From: Sedimentisphaeraceae bacterium JB056
GTDB lineage: Bacteria > Planctomycetota > Phycisphaerae > Sedimentisphaerales > Sedimentisphaeraceae
Length of the DNA stretch: 24,000 nucleotides
Assembly: GCA_044440125.1 (NCBI GenBank)
Contig: JBITAJ010000028.1
Span: 444 to 24,443, forward strand
Reading direction: 5' to 3'
Positions 17,629 to 24,000 of this stretch are shown here, in pieces (position 1 is the stretch's first letter; every line of letters begins with the position of its first letter). Position numbers and translations under genes: made by a program. Below the pieces are notes generated by a model. The model saw only the letters and a program-made list of their open reading frames with translations. It was not told the DNA's origin and made no database searches.

Positions 17629-19509
17629 TTACTCGTAACACCAGAACCAACTGTCAGCAAATGCAACCAAATCTATGTCATTTACAAAACCATCACCATT
17701 GCAGTCTATGTCAGTTGAATTAGTTTTCCAGTTTGAAGCCAATAATGCCAAGTCAAGATAGTCAACTTTCAGATCTTTATTAAAATCACCAAATGTCCTA
17801 TATAAGCCACCCTCAGCTTCCAGCTCCAGTATTGTTGTGTATCCCAGAAGACCACCTGGGCTTCCTATTATTCTGAAAGTATCAGTAACGACCGGTTCAA
17901 ATTCAAAAGATATAGTTTGATACATTTTCGTTCTGATAAGAGGCTCAGACTGCAACACATTTTGTGGCGAAACAAACTCTCCATCAACTAATATTTCAAC
18001 ACGAATATCGTCAAAATAGCCACCATTGCCGATATTATCCTGTATATAAGTATTGATTCCGATCCATTTATAATCTCCCTCATAAAAAGTAATCTCATCG
18101 AGAATTATCGGCTCAGAAAAAGTCAGGCTAAACCAATGTTCTCCTGAAACACTATAGCTATAGTAAGGCCTCATTCCATTATATGAGTTATCCGTAACTC
18201 CATCAATAATAGTGTTAATATTATACAAATCACTTGAGCTATTATTGTATCTTGCAGCATTGGGAGTAACAGTTATCCCATTGGCAATAGCTTCTCCCAC
18301 AAGGCCTTTAGGGTCAGATCGGTCAGGTTTCTCTGGTTGCGGAACAATACTGATATCTTCTGGTATAGTATAAATTGTATCATCCCCTTGCAATGAGATA
18401 CTACCGCCATTTTGACTGATATTGTTTTCTGCCAAATCAGCCGCACGATTGGCAATATTATTGATCGTATCCCATACTAATAAATTCGGTCGATATCCAT
18501 TATAATACCGATTACTGCAAACATCTTCGCCAAACAAATCTTGCGGCAAACCACTCCTACCATTTATGACACCTAAAATTCCGCCAGCAGTTGCTGGATT
18601 ACAGTCACAATCCCAACCTGCAAGAACACCAATCTGAACCGTCTGTTTATAGTCTCCATTGCCGTAAAGAAGACACATTATCGTTACACCAAGATTTATT
18701 GTTGATTCAAGCCAATTGTAATAACGTCCTTTAGCATAAGAACCACTACCGTAATAATCATAGAGTAAGCCTCGTGTAGCTCGCCAATCAGGAACATCAT
18801 CAATCATATCTGCATCATACCATGCTGTAACATCTTGAATAACCTGCCGGCTACGACTGGTTTGAGGGATACAGACAAGAGCATTTTCAATAAGAGTCCT
18901 TATATCCGATTCAAAATACGCATTGGCGTACATTGCTGAATAAAACTGCGAAGCGTGAATAGGAAATCCCTCATTTGAAATGGAAGCAAATGTGTAAGTA
19001 GTATCAATAGCATGTTGAATAAGTCCGGGGTTTATTGTACCTATAATTTCAGTTGTAATCTGGCTGTCAATTGAATACCAATGCATATTATAGCTTCTAC
19101 TGCCCGTCTCCGATGGCAGAAATCCATCTCCCATAAGGTACCATGCCTGCCTGTTTGATATATAGATACCTGAAGAAGTGATATGATCAAGCCATTGATC
19201 TGCAAGCTGCTGGGGAGTTGGATTCATTCCATAGGTCTCAAATGTATCAAGGGCAATATACTCAATATCGGTATCATCATCACCAGGCCAGTACGAATCA
19301 GGACCCCGTAGAACCCACTCGACACTTTCTGCTGGATTGGGTGAAGAACCACTGTAACTTCCTTCAGTAGGACGTCCCGCCATATTAGCTACAATCTGAC
19401 CAAGCCACATACCCTCAATTTTATCAACAACCTGCGAACGGCTAATAGTTTCTGCAGCAACAAATTCCGTTAAAACAAAAACTCCAAGTAATAGAACATA
19501 ATACCTCAT
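17629..19509 (-). CDS. Secreted multidomain protein: ADP-ribosylglycohydrolase fold, galactose-binding-like beta-sandwich, and dockerin
   Basis: 626 aa. It has a signal-like N-terminus (MRYYVLLLGVFVLTEFVAA) and ARH-type Asp-rich motifs (PGDDDTDIEY and GWDCDCNPATAGGILG). A discoidin/CBM-like middle region covers TIIDGVTDNSY ... FRIIGS ... ILELEAEG. Two dockerin-type Ca-binding repeats sit at the C-terminus (DFNKDLKVDYLD and DCNGDGFVNDID). The RBS is AGAGGAAGAG. Confidence 0.8.
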   Translation of the reverse strand: MRYYVLLLGVFVLTEFVAAETISRSQVVDKIEGMWLGQIVANMAGRPTEGSYSGSSPNPAESVEWVLRGPDSYWPGDDDTDIEYIALDTFETYGMNPTPQQLADQWLDHITSSGIYISNRQAWYLMGDGFLPSETGSRSYNMHWYSIDSQITTEIIGTINPGLIQHAIDTTYTFASISNEGFPIHASQFYSAMYANAYFESDIRTLIENALVCIPQTSRSRQVIQDVTAWYDADMIDDVPDWRATRGLLYDYYGSGSYAKGRYYNWLESTINLGVTIMCLLYGNGDYKQTVQIGVLAGWDCDCNPATAGGILGVINGRSGLPQDLFGEDVCSNRYYNGYRPNLLVWDTINNIANRAADLAENNISQNGGSISLQGDDTIYTIPEDISIVPQPEKPDRSDPKGLVGEAIANGITVTPNAARYNNSSSDLYNINTIIDGVTDNSYNGMRPYYSYSVSGEHWFSLTFSEPIILDEITFYEGDYKWIGINTYIQDNIGNGGYFDDIRVEILVDGEFVSPQNVLQSEPLIRTKMYQTISFEFEPVVTDTFRIIGSPGGLLGYTTILELEAEGGLYRTFGDFNKDLKVDYLDLALLASNWKTNSTDIDCNGDGFVNDIDLVAFADSWFWCYE

Positions 19510-19581
19510 ACTACTCTTCCTCTTACAAAATTAAACTATTAATTATAGTGAGTTCTATCTATTATATATTTTCTAAAAAGA

Positions 19582-20736
19582 CTATAAGACCTGACTAAAC
19601 TGCGTTATGAAATCTACTGTTCGTTTCACAGTAGCTGCTCCTGCCCTTGGATGAAGAGGCAAGTTCACAACCTCTTTTGCCGCCTTCTCTGCCTGCGGGC
19701 ACATACCAATCTCATAATAATACTTCTCCAAAGGTGTTTCTATTGGATGCAGTGGGCACTCAAACCAACTGCCAAGCTCAACACCCGCCGATGCCGCCAT
19801 CTCAATGGCCTTGTCCTTATCATTTATACGTACAGGATAGCGTACCATGACCGGATCTTGAACGTTCGCATCATACTTGCGACCTTGCCAGCCTTTTTCT
19901 TCAAGCATCTGATCATAAAGAGCTGCCATTGAACGCCTGTGTTCTATATTTTTATCAATCTTTGCAAGCTGACCGGCTCCCCATTTGGCCTGCAAACTAC
20001 TCATACCCTTAAAAAAATCGTCAGCCATTACCGGTTCGAATTCCTCAGTTGAAGAAGACCCTACGACGATACCTTTTTTAGTGAGCCAGCGGAAGAGGCT
20101 CTGAGCCATCGCCGTGGTTCTGGGATATATGAATGTCTTGTAAACACAATACTGTGCCGCGAGCATAAGCTTTTCTTTCAGCGAAGGGGCCGCCATTTCC
20201 TGCTTGCATAGCTCATCTATTCTGGCAGCAAGATCTGAATTGAAAGCGATAGCTACACCGCCAAGCCCTGTAGTGAAAGGCTTATTCCATTGACCGGAGA
20301 AATATGATGCTACGCCCATCGTGCCGGCCAAACGTCCCTTGTAGGTTGAGCCAAAACAAAGACAGCAATCCTCTATAACCGTCACATTATGTCGTGAGGC
20401 GATCTCTTTTATCTTGTCCATATCACAAACATAGCCGTACGTGTGCTGTGCAATAATCACCTTAGTTGCAGGAGTAATCTTATCTTCAAGCAAATCAACA
20501 TTCATATTGAATGTATCAGGCTCAATATCAACATAAACCGGCTTTGCCCCAAGATACATGATAGGATTAACATCCATCACGCAAGTATAGCCGGGCAATA
20601 TAACCTCATCACCATCGCCAACGCCAAGAGCCTTCAATATAGCATAAAGAGCAACCCGAGCCTTCCAAAAAGAAAAAGCCGAATCCGCCTTGAAATATTC
20701 CGAAAAATACTGTTCATAAACATTCTTAACAGTCAT
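19582..20736 (-). CDS. DegT/DnrJ/EryC1/StrS family PLP-dependent sugar aminotransferase, divergent subfamily
   Basis: It shows the family layout GDGDEVILPGYTC ... PVYVDIEPDTFNM ... VIEDCC.CFGSTYKG ... SYFSGQWNKPFTTGLGG, with the putative PLP lysine in WNK. The track ORF starts at a TTG at 20748. The ATG at 20736 has GAGGAA 5 nt upstream. Confidence 0.82.
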   Translation of the reverse strand: MTVKNVYEQYFSEYFKADSAFSFWKARVALYAILKALGVGDGDEVILPGYTCVMDVNPIMYLGAKPVYVDIEPDTFNMNVDLLEDKITPATKVIIAQHTYGYVCDMDKIKEIASRHNVTVIEDCCLCFGSTYKGRLAGTMGVASYFSGQWNKPFTTGLGGVAIAFNSDLAARIDELCKQEMAAPSLKEKLMLAAQYCVYKTFIYPRTTAMAQSLFRWLTKKGIVVGSSSTEEFEPVMADDFFKGMSSLQAKWGAGQLAKIDKNIEHRRSMAALYDQMLEEKGWQGRKYDANVQDPVMVRYPVRINDKDKAIEMAASAGVELGSWFECPLHPIETPLEKYYYEIGMCPQAEKAAKEVVNLPLHPRAGAATVKRTVDFITQFSQVL

Positions 20737-20744
20737 AAGATTCC

Positions 20745-21347
20745 TCAATTATCGAAATCATATACATATCGATTCATTTTCCGACCTTCAGGAGTAGCGA
20801 AGCTCGTCTCCAATTTCCAACCTAATTTTTTATAGAAACGATTAGTAGATTCGTTATTCTCCTTGTCTGTAGTAAGAAAGCATCCCTTGCTTTCTCTTTT
20901 TTCCGCTTCTTCAAGCCAAGCATTTACAAGAGCTGCACCAACACCTTTTCCCTGAGAATCAGGAGAGACAGCAATTGAGCTGAGCAATGATCTTGGTTGC
21001 CCATTATCAGGCGAATCACCGCGATAAAAAACAGCTCTAAACAAACGCGGCATAACTGAAGGTTTCTTTATTACAGCACTTAAACTGGCAAGAATAAATG
21101 CATACCACCTGCGCATCAATAGTCTCTTAAAATAACCATCCGGATTTAATGGCCCCACTACGCCACCAAGAACATTTCCATCTTCAACAGCAACAAAAGC
21201 CATTCCCGCCCTATCATGAAGAAAAGAGCTATAAAATTCTTTCAAGAATCTTGGTCCTAAAAATGTAAGAAAAAATTCAGGAAAAGATTGCATATGGACA
21301 TCAACCATTTGTTCAACATATTCTTCCTTAAGAGGAATTATTTTCAT
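20745..21347 (-). CDS. GNAT family N-acetyltransferase
   Basis: 200 aa with the acetyl-CoA binding motif IAVSPDSQGKGVGAALV and the C-terminal FYKKLGW. An AAGGGG RBS lies 5 nt upstream. Confidence 0.85.
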   Translation of the reverse strand: MKIIPLKEEYVEQMVDVHMQSFPEFFLTFLGPRFLKEFYSSFLHDRAGMAFVAVEDGNVLGGVVGPLNPDGYFKRLLMRRWYAFILASLSAVIKKPSVMPRLFRAVFYRGDSPDNGQPRSLLSSIAVSPDSQGKGVGAALVNAWLEEAEKRESKGCFLTTDKENNESTNRFYKKLGWKLETSFATPEGRKMNRYVYDFDN

Positions 21348-21525
21348 TTCAACCCCTTGCGTACTTCATAACGTAATTTCCAATATATTCATATGATTGC
21401 AAAATCCCTGCTATCCATTAGGATTATGTTACTACTAACAATTAGTCACTAAAGACAGCCCACAATACCCCTAAAAAGAGTAAAACAGAATAAAACAATA
21501 CAAATCTATACAATTCATGTCTTAA

Positions 21526-22620
21526 TTAATCCTGTAAACCAAACTTTTTGTAAACAATATCGATTTCCTCTTGAATCCTTTGTTTGTCTTCAAGATACTT
21601 CATCTCCTCTGCCACATCCTGTTTGGAAACAATTCCTGTCTGAACAAACCAGTTACACAAAGCGGCATGGGCACCAATACCAACTGTCTTCTGGCAAGAT
21701 TTATCTGTCAATGCTCCATAATAGCAATCCCAACGGAATAACGGAACCTTGGATGCCGCTGGTGATTTCCAATTTAGATCCTCCTGCATTTTCTTCATTA
21801 TTGCCAAATAATCCCACCCAATATATTCGCTTACATTCACCTTTTTCAACCACTTTGGACTGACCGGATAAGGTGTCGGAAGATTTCTTAAAAACGCCAT
21901 GGAAAAACCATCTATCTGGAATTTCAACTTCACAAAGTCTATTTGAGCCAAAATTTGATAGTAGATGATTTTAAGCATCTGCTTTGGATTGCTTGTAAAA
22001 AATCCTTTAATTAAAGCCTTAACTTTAAAACCATGGCTACCTGCATCAGCCTCATCTTCTATAATATTAGTACTTGAAAAGGTATAACTTATATTCTCTT
22101 CCCTTGCAGTTTTATAGACCAAGGAAGGAAGTATGTAATGACAAGAAAAACATGCTGAAAAGAACACACCCAAGCTCTCTAATGACTTAGTTGCGTTAAC
22201 CATATAATCTCGCTCACTTTTGATTACAGAAATAAACCTAAGATCAACATCAAGAATACGGCAAGTTTCTTTAATATTTTCGTTAGCCAGTTCATGACAT
22301 AAGCCATTGTCGTATTTGATTACTAATGGATTAAGACCCATTAGTTTTTTTACTATATAAATAACATATGTACTGTCGAATCCACCTGAAGCTCCAATAA
22401 CACAGTCATACTTAGCATTTTTAGAATTAGACACTGCTTTGATTTCTTCGGCTATCTTACTAAGCCCTTCAATATTTTTTACAGAAGCACGGGAATTTAT
22501 ATCATCCTGATATTCAGAACTCATAGCCCGCTCACAAAAATTGCAGATCCCCTTATCATTAAATGATATACCAGGATAATCTTCGTTCAGATAACATCGT
22601 TCACAAGTTTTCTTTTCCAT
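21526..22620 (-). CDS. N-acetyl sugar amidotransferase (PP-loop ATP pyrophosphatase; WbuX/WbpG/PseA-like)
   Basis: It has an N-terminal four-Cys ribbon (CERC...CNFC) and the PP-loop motif GASGGFDST. Length and layout fit the LPS/flagellin-glycan amidotransferase family. The track ORF starts at a TTG at 22638. The ATG at 22620 follows GGGAG (22626-22630). Confidence 0.82.
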   Translation of the reverse strand: MEKKTCERCYLNEDYPGISFNDKGICNFCERAMSSEYQDDINSRASVKNIEGLSKIAEEIKAVSNSKNAKYDCVIGASGGFDSTYVIYIVKKLMGLNPLVIKYDNGLCHELANENIKETCRILDVDLRFISVIKSERDYMVNATKSLESLGVFFSACFSCHYILPSLVYKTAREENISYTFSSTNIIEDEADAGSHGFKVKALIKGFFTSNPKQMLKIIYYQILAQIDFVKLKFQIDGFSMAFLRNLPTPYPVSPKWLKKVNVSEYIGWDYLAIMKKMQEDLNWKSPAASKVPLFRWDCYYGALTDKSCQKTVGIGAHAALCNWFVQTGIVSKQDVAEEMKYLEDKQRIQEEIDIVYKKFGLQD

Positions 22621-22713
22621 TTTTTCTCCCAAATTCAATAGTTTATTAACCAGTTTACGGCTTTTAATTCTTCACTTTAAGATTTATTCAAATTTATATA
22701 AAACATTAATATA

Positions 22714-23697
22714 TCATACTTGATTAAAAAATTGCAAAAAATCTTTATAAGCTCTTTCTATACCCTCTTCAAGTTTCACTTCCGGCTTCCAACCTAATGA
22801 AAAGAGACGACTTACATCCAAAAGCTTTCTTGGAGTGCCATCAGGCTTGGTTGTATCCCACTCAAGCTTACCTTCAAAACCAACCACTTTCTTTACCAAC
22901 TCTGCAAGTTCTTTGATTGTCTGGTCTTCACCACAGCCAATATTTATTAGTGGTGCGACATCTTCATGCCCTACATATTTAGAATAAGCAGCTTCATCAA
23001 GATTCAGTAAGTGGACACACGCACGAGCCAAGTCATCGCTGTATAAAAATTCTCTATAAGGACTACCTGTCCCCCAAAGAGTCACAGTTTTCTCATCATT
23101 AATTTTTGCCGTATGCATCTTACGAATAAAGGCCGGCATCACATGCGAATTCTGCAGATCATAATTATCACCGGGGCCATAGAGATTAGTAGGCATAACT
23201 GCAAGATACCTTGTGCCATACTGCCTGTTATATGCCCAACACATTTCAATACCACCTATTTTAGCTAAAGCATAAGGACGATTGGTAGGCTCAAGCTCAC
23301 CTGTAAGCAAATATTCCTCTTTCATAGGTTGAGGACAAAGTTTAGGATATATACATGAAGAACCAAGAAACAACAATCTCTTAACACCATTCAAATATGA
23401 ATTATGAATGATATTTTCCTGAATGCGCATATTCTCGTAGAAAAACTGTCCAGGATAGGTATCATTAGCCACTATCCCGCCAACCTTAGCCGCACACTGA
23501 ATTATAAATTGAGGCTTTTCCACAGCAAAGAAATCCGCAACAGCACTGCTGTCGAGCAGGTCAAGTTCTCCTATAGTTTTGAGCAACAAATTTCCATATC
23601 CGCATCTTTTTAGCTCTCTGACAATAGCAGATCCAACAAGCCCTGTATGACCCGGGATATAAATTTTAGCATCTTTATTCATGAATTCATTCACCAT
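22714..23697 (-). CDS. fcl: GDP-L-fucose synthase (GDP-4-keto-6-deoxy-D-mannose 3,5-epimerase/4-reductase)
   Basis: Motifs GHTGLVGSAI, PGQFFYENMRIQENIIH, YALAKI and MPTNLYGPGDNY, and the gene directly follows gmd. The ATG at 23697 has GAGGA 5 nt upstream. In-frame alternatives are at 23709 and 23682. Confidence 0.94.
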   Translation of the reverse strand: MVNEFMNKDAKIYIPGHTGLVGSAIVRELKRCGYGNLLLKTIGELDLLDSSAVADFFAVEKPQFIIQCAAKVGGIVANDTYPGQFFYENMRIQENIIHNSYLNGVKRLLFLGSSCIYPKLCPQPMKEEYLLTGELEPTNRPYALAKIGGIEMCWAYNRQYGTRYLAVMPTNLYGPGDNYDLQNSHVMPAFIRKMHTAKINDEKTVTLWGTGSPYREFLYSDDLARACVHLLNLDEAAYSKYVGHEDVAPLINIGCGEDQTIKELAELVKKVVGFEGKLEWDTTKPDGTPRKLLDVSRLFSLGWKPEVKLEEGIERAYKDFLQFFNQV

Positions 23698-23705
23698 ATC
23701 AGTCC

Positions 23706-24000
23706 TCATTCATTATAATCCGGAGTACGGAATCCATGTTTCTTGGTTATCATATCGCGTTTAGCTATCTCCAAATCATACCCAACCATTTCGCTTACAA
23801 GATCATCAAAGCTCGTTTCTGGAGTCCATCCAAGCTTTTCCTTGGCCTTTGTTGGGTCACCAAGCAAAGTTTCTACTTCCGCCGGTCTGAAATATTGAGG
23901 ATCAATTGCTACTATAACATTATCTTCGGTATCACGGCCCTCACATATACTAGTCTTGGCAATTCCAACCTCTTGGACTCCCTCTCCCTGCCACTCAATA
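23706..24000 (-). CDS. gmd: GDP-mannose 4,6-dehydratase, C-terminal 97 codons only; the rest lies off-window
   Basis: My own minus-strand translation, in frame with the TGA at 23706-23708, reads IEWQGEGVQEVGIAK...IDPQYFRPAEVETLLGDPTKAKEKLGWTPETSFDDLVSEMV...KHGFRTPDYNE. This is a typical GMD C-terminus. The ORF track omits it because no start codon falls inside the window. Confidence 0.92.
   Translation of the reverse strand, partial: IEWQGEGVQEVGIAKTSICEGRDTEDNVIVAIDPQYFRPAEVETLLGDPTKAKEKLGWTPETSFDDLVSEMVGYDLEIAKRDMITKKHGFRTPDYNE

Noticed and set aside
1-24000. A scan for tRNA, rRNA, CRISPR arrays, IS elements, integrases and toxin-antitoxin or defence gene pairs.
   Set aside because: By eye, no cloverleaf-like or rRNA-like segments, no regularly spaced long repeats, no terminal inverted repeats and no transposase- or integrase-like ORFs were seen. 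This cannot exclude small ncRNAs without computational screening.

Overview
The window reads as a bacterial chromosomal segment of roughly 40-45% GC by eye. Genes are densely packed, and I found no rRNA, tRNA, CRISPR array, transposase or integrase. About two thirds is housekeeping.

Plus strand, 1-6.5 kb: a truncated aldo-keto reductase, purB, pyrE, then a tight three-gene unit of a small 3-TM PQ-loop-like membrane protein, GAF-domain enzyme I (ptsP) and an AraC-family regulator.

Minus strand, 6.5-12 kb: pyrK, pyrD, a 103-aa orphan ORF, class I aldolase fbaB, corA and a DHH/DHHA1 phosphoesterase.

Plus strand, 12.4-17 kb: a short division/cell-wall (dcw) cluster of mraZ, rsmH, a LysM protein, an ftsL-like gene and ftsI. 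It stops there, with no mur or ftsW/A/Z genes following.

Minus strand, 17-24 kb, more accessory: a nitroreductase, a secreted ADP-ribosylglycohydrolase-fold protein with a carbohydrate-binding-like module and a C-terminal dockerin, and a nucleotide-sugar cluster (partial gmd, fcl, a PP-loop N-acetyl-sugar amidotransferase, a GNAT acetyltransferase and a DegT-family aminotransferase).

Items most worth a second look:
- the secreted ARH-CBM-dockerin protein;
- the bitopic LysM protein sitting between rsmH and ftsL;
- five helically phased AAAATATCAA repeats abutting the mraZ promoter;
- the orphan ORF, which has its own near-consensus promoter with a perfect palindrome in the spacer and almost no leader;
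- the PQ-loop/ptsP/araC unit;
- the very AT-rich amidotransferase gene set among higher-GC neighbours.

All functional calls rest on motif recognition in the supplied translations and on reading the DNA by eye. No database search was run. Dockerin use, the class 1B DHODH and the class I FBA loosely suggest an anaerobic PVC-type or similar bacterium, but that is a guess.
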